A DNA stretch of 63,337 bases, filler included, from Actinomycetota bacterium (lineage in GTDB: Bacteria > Actinomycetota > Acidimicrobiia > Spongiisociales > UBA4744): NCBI GenBank assembly GCA_013152275.1. It is 3 parts of 3 records of this genome, joined end to end, with 100 filler letters (N's around TTAATTAATTAA, not from the genome) between each part and the next. Parts side by side here need not be neighbours in the genome. Positions count along the whole stretch, not along the records: positions 1 to 31,101 come from JAADGS010000020.1; positions 31,202 to 57,595 come from JAADGS010000089.1; 1 more part is not named here. One strand, given 5' to 3'. The notes under the pieces are model-generated. The model was not told the DNA's origin and searched no databases. It saw only the letters and a list, made by a program, of their open reading frames with translations. Shown piece by piece: positions 25,440-35,309 of the stretch; position 1 is the first letter of the stretch, and each line of letters starts with the position of its first letter. The translations under genes and the position numbers were made by a program.

Positions 25440-26845
25440 CACGTGCCCTCCCAGGTTCGGATGTCGACGAAATGACCTTCGATGGCGGCAGCGGCGGCCA
25501 TCGCCGGGCTGACCAGGTGGGTTCGTCCTCCTCGTCCCTGGCGTCCCTCGAAGTTGCGGTTCGACGTGGATGCGCAGCGTTCACCGGGGGAGAGGGTGTC
25601 GGGATTCATCCCGAGGCACATCGAACAGCCGGCATCCCGCCACTCGAACCCGGCGGCTTTGAACACGCGATCGAGACCCTCGTCCTCTGCCTGGAGCTTC
25701 ACCAGCCCGGAGCCCGGCACGATCATCGCCGACACGTCTGCATGCACCTTCCGACCGTCGACGAGGCGCGCCACGTCGCGCAGGTCTTCCATCCGTGCGT
25801 TGGTACACGATCCGATGAAGACCCGGTCGATGTGAATGTCGGTGAGAGGGGTTCCGGGCTCGAGGCCCATGTATGCAAGCGCCCGACGGATCGACTCCTG
25901 TTCGTCCGGGTCGATCGCAGCGTCCGGGGAGGGCACCGTGCTCTGCACCGGAAGGGTGTGTGCCGGGTTCGTGCCCCACGACACGTATGGCTCGAGTTCG
26001 GAAGCCGAGATGGCCACCTCGGTGTCGAACACCACTTCGGGGTCCCCGGGGAGTGAACGCCAGTAGTCGAGGGCCTGCTCCCAGGCGGGCCCGGTGGGTG
26101 CCTGGGGGCGTCCTTCCAGGTACGTGAACGTGGTGTCGTCGGGGGCAATCATCCCTGCTCGGGCTCCGGCCTCGATAGACATGTTGCAGACCGTCATCCT
26201 GCCCTCCATCGAGAGACTCTTGATCGCCTCACCTCGAAACTCGATGACATGTCCGATGCCGCCGTCGACGCCGATCCGGGAGATGATGCCCAGGATGATG
26301 TCCTTGGCGGTCACCCCGTAGGGCAATGAGCCGTCGACGGTGATCGCCATCGATCGTGGCTTGACTTGAGGGAGGGTTTGTGTGGCGAGCACATGTTCGA
26401 CTTCCGACGTGCCGATGCCGAAGGCGAGAGCGCCGAAGGCACCGTGGGTGGCCGTGTGGGAGTCGCCACAGACGATCACCATGCCAGGCTGCGTAACGCC
26501 CTGTTCGGGCCCGATCACGTGAACGATGCCCTGGCGTGGGTCGTCCAGCCCGAACAACGTGATTCCGAACTCTTGGCAGTTGGTGATCAACGTTTCGATT
26601 TGCCGCTTGGAGAGAGGGTCGCGAATGCCCAGTTCGCGATGGACGGTCGGGACCCCGTGGTCGATGGTGGCCAGGCTCAGGTCGGGTCTGCGTACCGTAC
26701 GACCTGCCAGGCGAAGGCCGTCGAAGGCCTGCGGGGAGGTGACTTCGTGGAGCAGCTGGAAGTCTACGAAGAGCAGATCGGGCTCACCCGGGGCCGAGCG
26801 GACGATGTGTTGGTTCCAAACTTTCTCGAACAAGGATCGTGTCAT
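25439..26845 (-). CDS. leuC: 3-isopropylmalate dehydratase large subunit
   Basis: [39 protein letters not shown]. Confidence 0.97.
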   Translation of the reverse strand: MTRSLFEKVWNQHIVRSAPGEPDLLFVDFQLLHEVTSPQAFDGLRLAGRTVRRPDLSLATIDHGVPTVHRELGIRDPLSKRQIETLITNCQEFGITLFGLDDPRQGIVHVIGPEQGVTQPGMVIVCGDSHTATHGAFGALAFGIGTSEVEHVLATQTLPQVKPRSMAITVDGSLPYGVTAKDIILGIISRIGVDGGIGHVIEFRGEAIKSLSMEGRMTVCNMSIEAGARAGMIAPDDTTFTYLEGRPQAPTGPAWEQALDYWRSLPGDPEVVFDTEVAISASELEPYVSWGTNPAHTLPVQSTVPSPDAAIDPDEQESIRRALAYMGLEPGTPLTDIHIDRVFIGSCTNARMEDLRDVARLVDGRKVHADVSAMIVPGSGLVKLQAEDEGLDRVFKAAGFEWRDAGCSMCLGMNPDTLSPGERCASTSNRNFEGRQGRGGRTHLVSPAMAAAAAIEGHFVDIRTWEGT

Positions 26846-27105
26846 GTCGATACCGTGGCTCGCGGGTAGACGAGCCGGGAAGGATAGCCGGAGACGGGCG
26901 ATGTCCTCGTTTCTCACCCGGCCGACGGCTCGAGTGCGCCGTCCCGACGCCTCGATCTCCAGCCGTCGCATCGTTCTGGCGGCCGAGGGTGCCTGCTGCC
27001 ACGTCTTCGGTCCTCGGCGCGCGACGGCGTGCGTTCGCCCTCCGGCCTTGTTGGTGACATGCACGCCTGCCGGTCCACGCACGGACATCGTCCCCGGGAG
27101 ACTCT

Positions 27106-27445
27106 AGGAGCGTGGGTCAGTATCTGCTGGTGAGGTGATCTCATCGGCTGGCTGATCGCTGACGGTGTTGTCTCGGGGGGTGGTGTGGGTTCTCGCGTTT
27201 TTGGTTGGGTTCGACGAGAATGCGGGTATGGGAGACAACTGTGGTGGTGAGGCGCTTTTTGAGGTGGATCGCGAGGGTGAGCCTTCGATAGTGAGGGTTG
27301 CGGCGGGGAGGTCAGGGGTTCCGTCGTTACGACCCGGGCCAGTCGTTTCTCTTGCCGCCGTCCCTGGATGATTGGCTCCCGCAGGACCATACGGCCCGGT
27401 TCATCTCTGAGGTGGTTGATGAGTTGTTGGGAGCTATACCTGAAT
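27106..27445 (+). mobile_element. IS1182-family element, truncated 5' fragment
   Basis: FRRYDPGQSFLLPPSLDDWLPQDHTARFISEVVDE matches the IS1182 transposase N-terminus; G/T-rich leader. Confidence 0.75.
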
Positions 27446-27452
27446 GTTGTGG

Positions 27453-27542
27453 ATGACGGGGTTCGGAGAGAAGGGCGGCGTACCCTTCCCCTGCGGCTCC
27501 GGGCTCAAGTACAAACACTGCCACGGCCTGGCGGGCTGGTAG
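27453..27542 (+). pseudogene. Degenerate SEC-C motif fragment
   Basis: PFPCGSGLKYKHCHG versus consensus PCPCGSGKKYKxCHG. Confidence 0.55.
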
Positions 27543-27782
27543 CACTTGGCGCGGAATCTCGGTCGCATGGGAACGGTTCGAATGGACACCCGCGACTGGT
27601 GACATGTGCGTCGTTCCGGCTCATGCCGGATCGTCTCGGCACCGTGCACGGTCGATCACCAAGGGGGTCGTTTCCAGAACCGAGCCGGACTGCCTCCTCC
27701 AGGATCGGTATGGCGTCGTCCTACTGAGACGGCTCTGAGCGGCTGGAGACAGGTGTCATGCGTTCGGGCGATGGGTTCTGTG

Positions 27783-28727
27783 TCACGGGTTCATGCGGTA
27801 TCCGAAGGGTTGGATCCGCTCATAGATGACACTCCCGTCCTTAGCCGACGGCTCGTAGACGCGAATCTGCAAGGTAGCCGGCATGGGGGGCAGGTCGGAA
27901 GCTTCGAAGGTGACGCTGAAACGGCGCCATCCTGGCCCCTTGCCGATCTGCACGGGCACTGCGGCCACCATGTTGCCATCCGAGTCGAGTATCTCGAGTT
28001 GGAATACGCCTTCGGCGGCGGTGGCGATCCCGGTGATGGTCACCGGGGGAGGAGCCCAATCGTCGAACGCGGGCGACTCGATGAGGATTCCGGGCAAGAG
28101 ATCCTCGAAACTCTCCGGGGTCATGGGGACGTGCTCCAACGGCCCCTCGCCGGCGGACACCTCCACCGGGGTACCGTCGAGCTCCAAACGAACACCGGTG
28201 ATCTCCGGATCGTAGCCGGTGACGGTGTACACCAGCTGCGCCAGTCGCGCTCTCATCGAGACGGTGCCCCCGCCGCCGTCGAATACAGACGACAGGTCCA
28301 CGGTGGCGACACCGTCGGTCACCTCCACGTCGTTGAGATCCGTGCCTTGCGGTATTGCGGTGGTGATCCCCAGGTCGATCTCGCTGGGTGTGAGCCCGTT
28401 CAGCAGGGCCAGCACCGTGTCCTCGAGGCTGGCCTCGTTTCGTGACACCGGGGCCAGGAATGGTCCGGTCCGCGTCGGGCTGCCACCCGAGTCGTGAAGC
28501 ATGTACACGATCGCGTCGTACGGGCCTGCGAACGGCTCAGTGGTGGTCGAATTGGAGGCGGTCGTGGCGCTGTTGGTCGTGGCGCTCGTCGTGGTGCGCT
28601 GAGTCGTGGAAGTGGTCGCGTGATCCACCGTTGTGGTCCTGGCCGCAGTGTCGACAGACCCGCAGGATGCCAACACGAGAGCCAACGCACCAACAAGCGC
28701 AACAGCTTTCACGATCGGGTCTCCCAC
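27783..28727 (-). CDS. GerMN-domain lipoprotein with a C-terminal Gmad2-like Ig domain
   Basis: Lipobox LASC, Thr-rich linker, ALLNG..TAIPQGT..VATVDLS..QLVYT, EPSAKDGS. Confidence 0.85.
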   Translation of the reverse strand: MGDPIVKAVALVGALALVLASCGSVDTAARTTTVDHATTSTTQRTTTSATTNSATTASNSTTTEPFAGPYDAIVYMLHDSGGSPTRTGPFLAPVSRNEASLEDTVLALLNGLTPSEIDLGITTAIPQGTDLNDVEVTDGVATVDLSSVFDGGGGTVSMRARLAQLVYTVTGYDPEITGVRLELDGTPVEVSAGEGPLEHVPMTPESFEDLLPGILIESPAFDDWAPPPVTITGIATAAEGVFQLEILDSDGNMVAAVPVQIGKGPGWRRFSVTFEASDLPPMPATLQIRVYEPSAKDGSVIYERIQPFGYRMNP

Positions 28728-28839
28728 ATCAAGGTGCGTCTCCTACCTCTTGAATCGACGACGAGCGACGTGGCGGTGGCGGCAGTCGCTCCCGTCACCG
28801 CCCGATCCGCGAGCATAGGCCATCTCCGCACGTTTCCGG

Positions 28840-30417
28840 TCATGGGCACACGTTCTCGTATCTGTACACGTCGTAGGGGTCTCCCCAACTGGTCGGCACA
28901 TATCGATAAACAACGCGGTCGTACCTGTTTGCCGTTGTCGACTCACCGATATACATGCCGCTTCCGTACCACATCACGAAGAGGGCGGTGTGACCCGACT
29001 TGAGGAAGATGTCCCACGCCTTGAGTTCCCCGGTGACCGGCACGCTGACATCGGCCAGGTTCGATGTGCCGTACTTGTGGGACAGTCCCCATACCCTGCT
29101 TACCAGCCCGGAGCAGTCTACCCCCCGAGAGCACGAGTAGCTGCCGCCGCTGGTAATGTCACCGGCTTGCCTGGTCCCCGGACTCATGTATCCGTTGAAG
29201 CCACTGACTGTGTCCCAGCCGCCCCAGTCGTATGACACCGACTCGTAGTAGCGGGGCGTGGATAGGTAGCGGGGCGTGGTCCGTCCGGTGCACGATCCAT
29301 TGATGTTGGTGTCACTCAAGTACTTGTAGTTGTTCCAGTATGGGTGGAACGTGTCGGCCATAGACTGACGCGAGCGACAGCCGGCCAGAGCAGACTCGGT
29401 ACCAACGGTGTCGGAATCTGTCAACGCGCGGCTCTGCTCCGACAGGATCGGTTCGATATCGTGGGTCAGCCTTAGTCTGACGACATCCAACCGGTCAGAT
29501 CGTGGCACCAGCGCCAGGATCGCACCGTCTGGTCCGGTGGCAACACCGTTCGGGATGAAGAACAGACGCTCATTCAGCGGAACACGAGCAACACCGAGCG
29601 GGGCACCATCCCACCCGAAACGCCGGACCAACTGGTCGACCACAAAGTCACCCTTGACGAGGCCGGCCTCCTCCACGACGAGATCGAACCTGTCCGTGCC
29701 CGCGCTGAGGAGAACGGCGCCTCCCCACTTAGCCACGTGAGGGACGTCGACCAACCTGTCGGTGGCGCCTTCGCGAACGGTAACCTCGAAGCCGGCAACT
29801 CGGAGGTGACGGCCGTCGATCTCGTAGCCGTCGATCTCATTCGCACCGAGCCGACCGTCGGCGTCGGTCAGCTGAACCAGGGTTGTCCCGCCAGCAAGCT
29901 CAAGAACAACCTCGCCCCGTTCGCCGAGCGCGATCCCGCTCAAACCTGAGGGAAGCGAATACACCTTGGGAACATCGTACGTACCAGCGACAGACCCGGT
30001 CGAGATATCAACCCGAAGCACCTTCGGGATCCCTGCCGCGATGTCGAGGACGAAAAGCTCCCCGCCGCGTACCTCCAGGTCACCGATGCCGACCACGGTG
30101 GCAGGCATGTCGATTGTGTCCAGCAGCACACCTGCTGACGAGTAGCGGAGAACCCGATTCGCGACTGTATCGGCGACCCAGACGTTCCCGTCCTCGCCAA
30201 CCGCCATGGCGGTCGGCCCCCAGCTCTGCTGTCCGGCACCACCCAACTCGTAGGAGACCCCGGCGTCCCCGATCGGGATCGAGAACAGAGTCTCGTAGTG
30301 CTGCTGCCCGGCAGCTCCAGCGCCTGCCGTCAGGCCTGAGCCCATGACGAGCACCACAGCAAGTACACCTACCAAGGCGCGCTTGACGGTGACCCGGGCA
30401 TTCCTAGAAGTTGTCAT
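28840..30417 (-). CDS. Secreted protein: beta-propeller plus C-terminal NlpC/P60-like domain
   Basis: Signal peptide; GPTAMAV..VWVADT repeats; YDWGG, GVDCSGLVSRVW, GH; GAGGAGG SD. Confidence 0.75.
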   Translation of the reverse strand: MTTSRNARVTVKRALVGVLAVVLVMGSGLTAGAGAAGQQHYETLFSIPIGDAGVSYELGGAGQQSWGPTAMAVGEDGNVWVADTVANRVLRYSSAGVLLDTIDMPATVVGIGDLEVRGGELFVLDIAAGIPKVLRVDISTGSVAGTYDVPKVYSLPSGLSGIALGERGEVVLELAGGTTLVQLTDADGRLGANEIDGYEIDGRHLRVAGFEVTVREGATDRLVDVPHVAKWGGAVLLSAGTDRFDLVVEEAGLVKGDFVVDQLVRRFGWDGAPLGVARVPLNERLFFIPNGVATGPDGAILALVPRSDRLDVVRLRLTHDIEPILSEQSRALTDSDTVGTESALAGCRSRQSMADTFHPYWNNYKYLSDTNINGSCTGRTTPRYLSTPRYYESVSYDWGGWDTVSGFNGYMSPGTRQAGDITSGGSYSCSRGVDCSGLVSRVWGLSHKYGTSNLADVSVPVTGELKAWDIFLKSGHTALFVMWYGSGMYIGESTTANRYDRVVYRYVPTSWGDPYDVYRYENVCP

Positions 30418-31101
30418 AACTTGGGTCCTCCTCACTTCCTCGCTTCGTCTTTGGAACCCTTCGAGTCCGACTCAACGAGCAGCTATCCGCCCGCTCTTTC
30501 AACGGCCCTCTCTCGCGGCCGCCTGGCCTACGCCCCTTCCTGCCGGGCTCACAGGGCACTCCTTTCGTGCAACGCTCCAACGGCGTACCTCAATCTTGAC
30601 GCTCATCTCGACCATCTCTGCGTTTGCGAGCATCTTCCTCCTCTGCGAATTGGGTGCGGTCGTTGTGGCTCTCCCATCCATATGTTCGCGGAAGCGGGGC
30701 TTTGGGTTCCCGGACTCCCACCGGTGCCTCGCCTCGGGCCTGTCGACCGGGACCACCAAGGGTGTCGAAGCCGCCAGTGCGACCGGACGCGTCCTCTCAG
30801 ATGTGTCTTCCGAGTCCGTGCCTTCGGTTCCCACCTGCGTGCGCCCTCGGATCGCCTCGCAACGGCTTCGAGTCTCATGCCACATCGGCTCGGTCGAGGC
30901 TCCTCCTAACACTCCTCCTCCTGATGTCGTCACTTGGTTTGTGTCCGGCACTCCCGGAACGTCGCGCACAAATCCCATCCAGTCGAAGTGCACCGCCTCT
31001 GGCAGACGGTGGCGACGGTGATCATCGCGTCGCACGACCGGGACGTGATCGGCGCGTGCGATCAGGTGGTGGCGCTGTGAGACGCCTCGCGGGTCTCGTC
31101 G

Positions 31102-31201
31102 NNNNNNNNNNNNNNNNNNNNNNNNNNNNNNNNNNNNNNNNNNNNTTAATTAATTAANNNNNNNNNNNNNNNNNNNNNNNNNNNNNNNNNNNNNNNNNNN
31201 N
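31102..31201. other. Artificial contig linker
   Basis: N-run, TTAATTAATTAA, N-run. Confidence 0.99.
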
Positions 31202-31241
31202 CGGGCCGGACCGGCGGCCGACGACCGAGAACGGACGGCTT

Positions 31242-31646
31242 CTAGCGTTTGATCACCGGCTCCGTCTCGGCTGCCAGGCTGATCCAGCGAGCGACCATTC
31301 CCTCGGTGGGGAGTCGCCGAACCAGCTTGCGTTCCTCGTTGATCTGCGCCATCTTGTTCGTCAGCGAGGCGGCGTTCCTGCGACGCAGTTCCTTGACGGT
31401 GTCGACACCTGAAGCCTCGAGAAGATCGGCGTATTCGCCTCCGATGCCCCTGATGCGCATCAGGTCCGCGCGATTCACCCACTGAAGGATCTGCCGCTCC
31501 ATGAGCCCGGTTTCTTCGGCGAGCTGCCGGCGTCCCCGCCGCGTGCGCCCGCGCTTCAGCAATGCCTCCGTGGTCCGTATGCGTGATCGCCGCAGACTTC
31601 GGGCAGATGCAACGCTGATTCCACTGAGTTCGTCAATCGACGCCAT
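31242..31646 (-). CDS. DUF4332 domain protein
   Basis: WVNRADLMRIRGIG.EYADLLEASGVDTVKEL. Confidence 0.88.
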   Translation of the reverse strand: MASIDELSGISVASARSLRRSRIRTTEALLKRGRTRRGRRQLAEETGLMERQILQWVNRADLMRIRGIGGEYADLLEASGVDTVKELRRRNAASLTNKMAQINEERKLVRRLPTEGMVARWISLAAETEPVIKR

Positions 31647-31806
31647 CCAGGCTCCTTTCTCCCTCGTGGCGCAGACTAGTGTCACAGCCCTTACGCTCGT
31701 CTCCCGCCGGGAGATCGTGCACCGCCCGCCGTTTCTCGGTGCGGCCCCAAGGCCAAGTCTGCGTTCCTCGGCCGTTGGCACCGCAGAAGTACGAAGGGAC
31801 CTCGAC

Positions 31807-32406
31807 TCAGCCGCCGTGCCGGTCCGGGTGCAGATCCTCCACGTCCTGCATCGTGTCCACGTCTCTGGGCATGGTGGAGGAAAACCACACCTCTTCGACC
31901 CATTCTGGATGGGCCTGGAGCAACGTGCGTGCCCCTTGGTCGCCTTCGAGACTCATCAGTCGCGGCCACAAGGCTCGATCGATGAGGACCGGGTTCCCAC
32001 GCTGATAACGGTATTTGGGGACCACGGCCCATGCTCCCGTCTCCTCATACCGGTCGATGAGCTTCTGGACGACCTCCGGATCCACCTCCGGCTGATCTCC
32101 CAGCACGATCAAGACGGCGTCTGCTCTGGCTTCGCGCGTGATCGTGTCGAGCCCAACCCTCAACGAGGACGCCATCCCCTCTTCCCATTCGAGGTTCTGG
32201 ACAACCCCGGCATCGCCGAACTCGACTCGCTCGAGGATGTCCTCGATCCTCGAGCCCAGTACCACCCACGTCTCATCGACCGGGAGACTCGAGGCCATCG
32301 CAACCACGTGCTCGAGGAGCGTCGGCCCTCCCCAGTCCAGGAGTTGTTTCGGTTCACCCAGCCTCGTCGACGAACCGGCGGCAAGGATCAGAGCGTCAAT
32401 ATGCAT
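31807..32406 (-). CDS. MocA-like nucleotidyltransferase (MobA family)
   Basis: LAAGSSTRLG.PKQL, GMASSL, LGDQP, GNPV, DVDT. Confidence 0.88.
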   Translation of the reverse strand: MHIDALILAAGSSTRLGEPKQLLDWGGPTLLEHVVAMASSLPVDETWVVLGSRIEDILERVEFGDAGVVQNLEWEEGMASSLRVGLDTITREARADAVLIVLGDQPEVDPEVVQKLIDRYEETGAWAVVPKYRYQRGNPVLIDRALWPRLMSLEGDQGARTLLQAHPEWVEEVWFSSTMPRDVDTMQDVEDLHPDRHGG

Positions 32407-32453
32407 GGGACGTGACTATACGCCGATCCCGAGCCACGTACGGCAGCAGGACA

Positions 32454-33650
32454 TCATCGAACGAAGGCGGCGACCGTCTCGATGTGGAACGTCTGTGGAA
32501 AGAGGTCGACCGGAGTGGCCCACTGCAGTCGATATCCACGTTCGGCGAAGTGCCGTGAATCCCGGGCGAGGGATGCAGGATCACACGACACGTACGCGAC
32601 GGCCCGAGGTCCTCCCGAGGCCACCACATCGACTCCTGCCCTGCCGAGCCCGATGCGAGGTGGGTCGACGATGGCAATGTCCCACGTTCCACCGACTCCG
32701 GCCTCGAAACGGTGCCCGACGATCTGCGCCTGCATGCCGTTGAGATTGTGACGAAGGTCTCCGAGCGCCCGGGCGTCGGATTCCACGGCGATGACCTTGC
32801 GGACTCCACGACCGATCGTCGCGGCGAACAGACCCACACCGGAGTAGGCATCGATCAGCACGTCGTCAGAACGGGGATCGACGGCCTCACCGACGAGCCG
32901 AACAAGGGCCTCCGCGCCGTCCGTGTTCACCTGGAAGAATGCCTCCCCGGAGATCCGGAAACGCGCGTCCGCCACTTCCTCATGGATAAACGGCTCGCCG
33001 AGGATCGCTCGCAACCGGCCGCGGCTCGACCGGGCGACACTGGCGCCCCACCCCTCCGCGCCTGGGGGAACGGCTCCCACGACGACGACGAGAAGATCGC
33101 CCGTGCGTATCCCGCTGCGAAGCGTCACCTGCCGGACTCCCTCGACCGGGTCGAGACGGGCAAACAGATCTGCAAGAGCCGGCGCGAGTAGATGGCACTG
33201 TTCAATGGCTACAGAATCCCTCGACCGTCTGCGATACATCGAGAGACGACCGCCTGCAACGTGGAACGTCATTCGGTTGCGATATCCGAACGATGCACCC
33301 GGTGCAACCGTTTCCCGAACCATGGGATCGTCCACTCCTCCGAGATGCTCGAGCTGTCCCCGGACGATTTGCCGTTTTGCATCGAGCTGAACATCGTAGG
33401 ATGCGTGCTGCCACTGGCATCCCCCACACGTGCCAAAAGCCGGACACGGCGGTGCCGTGCGCAGCGGAGACGGCGCGAGGACCTCCAGAAGCTCTGCCCG
33501 TGCCCACGACGACTTCTCTCGCACGATGCGGACACGAATCAGCTCGCCCGGCAGCGCATCCGGTATGAAGACGGCTTTGCCCTGCCATCGTCCCACGACC
33601 TCTCCCCCGTTGGCCCAACGGTCGGGAACGAGTTCGATCGGATCAGACAT
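32454..33650 (-). CDS. rlmD: TRAM-domain RNA (uracil-5)-methyltransferase, RlmD-like
   Basis: C..F..CGGCQWQH, FFQVN, DPPR, YVSCDP, DLFPQT.HIE. Confidence 0.88.
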   Translation of the reverse strand: MSDPIELVPDRWANGGEVVGRWQGKAVFIPDALPGELIRVRIVREKSSWARAELLEVLAPSPLRTAPPCPAFGTCGGCQWQHASYDVQLDAKRQIVRGQLEHLGGVDDPMVRETVAPGASFGYRNRMTFHVAGGRLSMYRRRSRDSVAIEQCHLLAPALADLFARLDPVEGVRQVTLRSGIRTGDLLVVVVGAVPPGAEGWGASVARSSRGRLRAILGEPFIHEEVADARFRISGEAFFQVNTDGAEALVRLVGEAVDPRSDDVLIDAYSGVGLFAATIGRGVRKVIAVESDARALGDLRHNLNGMQAQIVGHRFEAGVGGTWDIAIVDPPRIGLGRAGVDVVASGGPRAVAYVSCDPASLARDSRHFAERGYRLQWATPVDLFPQTFHIETVAAFVR

Positions 33651-33843
33651 CTTGGCCACGCTGCACATTGATCCAGTCCTCCAGGTCTCGTTTGGAGACC
33701 CGCCATACTCTGCCGAACTTCACTGCCGGTATCTCACCTGCTCGCAGCAAGGAGGTGACCACGTATGGTGTCACCTCCATGTACGCACAGATATCGGCGA
33801 CAGAGAGCCACTCCTTCGCTCCACCGATCTCGATACGCTCCAT
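33643..33843 (-). CDS. Excisionase-like (HTH_17) DNA-binding protein
   Basis: WLSVADI..GEIPAVKFGRVWRV; 66 aa. Confidence 0.85.
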   Translation of the reverse strand: MERIEIGGAKEWLSVADICAYMEVTPYVVTSLLRAGEIPAVKFGRVWRVSKRDLEDWINVQRGQDV

Positions 33844-33847
33844 ACCG

Positions 33848-34891
33848 CTACGGCTTACAGGACCAGTGGCCCCATGCCCCGGCGGGATGCTGGGTGCGAA
33901 TGGAGTAGTTCACAAGCCATGCGGCCGAGGCGATGTTCGCCTCCGGGTCGAACCGACTGTACCCACCGAACCCGGCCCGAACGCTGGCGATGGCCCATGT
34001 GCCCCTGAGGAACTGGAAGAGGCCGGCCGCGCTGGAACGAGAATTCGTTGCATCCGGGTTTCCGCCGCTTTCGCAGTACATGACGGCAAGAGCCTGATCG
34101 ACGAGCTCAGGTGGGAAGTACTTCTGGACGAGAGGCCGCCATCGTTCTACACCTCTGCCGATGCGAAGCCTTCGCTGCGCCTCGTCATACGCCTTCTGTG
34201 CGACCGCTGCATCGTTGCGGGCAGCCCGATACTGTCGATCGGCTTCGTCCACGGCGAGAAACGCCGCGCGAACCTCCACATCCGCCTGCATGAACATCTG
34301 CTCGAGAACGTCGACCTGGGAGTTCAGATCGTCTTGAATTCGCTGGAGCCGCTGCTGTTCCGACTCCTGGTCGGAGCGCAGCTCGCTCAGGACGCGGCGC
34401 TGGACCGCCAGCTCGTTGATCCGAGCCAGGTCGTCCTCACGCACCGTCTCGGCAACGTCCTCGAGAACGAGCGCCTGTGTGAGGTCGGCGGAGAGCACAA
34501 CCAGGCCGATGTCGGTCGACCACGCGCTCATGTACGCCTCCACGGCTCGTTCGTTCGCCGTGGTGCGCAGTGATCTGACCAACACCTCTGCATCCTCGAT
34601 CTGCCCACGAAGTTCGATCACTTTGGAGGAGACCGTGTCGAGATCCGCGCTGGTGCGCTCGACGGCATCGAGCCGCGACAGCAGGTCGGCCTCGATACCG
34701 GAGCGGACGAGACTTGCCTGGTTGGCGGCCTGCTGCGCATCGGTCAGCGCCGATTTCGCCCGGTTCGCCTCTTGCCGAGCCTCGTCGACCTCACTCTTGG
34801 TCTGCGCGAGCGCAACCCCACCGCCCGGAAGTGAGGCGAAGAGAACGACCGCGGCAACAGCCGCCACGCAAATACTCCGAGGCACCGACAT
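33848..34891 (-). CDS. Secreted coiled-coil protein with a C-terminal SLT lytic transglycosylase domain
   Basis: Signal peptide (ALA), long coiled coil, CESGGNP..AAGLFQF...TW. Confidence 0.85.
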   Translation of the reverse strand: MSVPRSICVAAVAAVVLFASLPGGGVALAQTKSEVDEARQEANRAKSALTDAQQAANQASLVRSGIEADLLSRLDAVERTSADLDTVSSKVIELRGQIEDAEVLVRSLRTTANERAVEAYMSAWSTDIGLVVLSADLTQALVLEDVAETVREDDLARINELAVQRRVLSELRSDQESEQQRLQRIQDDLNSQVDVLEQMFMQADVEVRAAFLAVDEADRQYRAARNDAAVAQKAYDEAQRRLRIGRGVERWRPLVQKYFPPELVDQALAVMYCESGGNPDATNSRSSAAGLFQFLRGTWAIASVRAGFGGYSRFDPEANIASAAWLVNYSIRTQHPAGAWGHWSCKP

Positions 34892-35021
34892 CGCCCCAAG
34901 GCTACCTGCCCCACCCAGAACGCGAAAGAAAGACCCCTCTACCGCTTGTTCACTAAGCGTCTCTGGTCTATGTTGACGATTGTCAACGATGTTTATGTGT
35001 GTCTTGTGAGGAGGGTACACG

Positions 35022-35309
35022 GTGGATCCGCTGCGACATCCCGATCTCGTCGAGCTGACCCGTCGCCTTCGCTCCCAGTTCGAAGAGGTCCTCGGTGCCG
35101 AGCAGGAAGCCGCGGCAACACTCCACCGGAGGACGCGGACACTGCGCGATCGTTTCCTCGACGCAGAAGACCGACGGGAGCGCGCCAGCGTCGTCACGGT
35201 CGAAGGATCGGTCATCGACGGGACCGTCACCGGGGTTGGCCTGGACCATGTAACTCTCGACGGATCGGTGGTCTCCCTCTTCCACATCACGCGAGCACGG
35301 TTCCGATGA
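35022..35309 (+). CDS. Hypothetical protein
   Basis: GAGGAGG SD; ATGA overlap with the next gene. Confidence 0.75.
   Translation: MDPLRHPDLVELTRRLRSQFEEVLGAEQEAAATLHRRTRTLRDRFLDAEDRRERASVVTVEGSVIDGTVTGVGLDHVTLDGSVVSLFHITRARFR

Noticed and set aside
26846..27105. Leader peptide or N-terminal extension upstream of leuC
   Set aside because: No Leu-codon run or clear attenuator; LeuC homology starts at 26845.
31102..31201. TTAATTAATTAA palindrome inside N-runs (also 57596-57695)
   Set aside because: Artificial linker with stops in all frames; adjacency across it is not biological.
33643..33843. Prophage or ICE suggested by the excisionase-like gene
   Set aside because: No integrase or phage genes nearby; it sits within a housekeeping-type operon.
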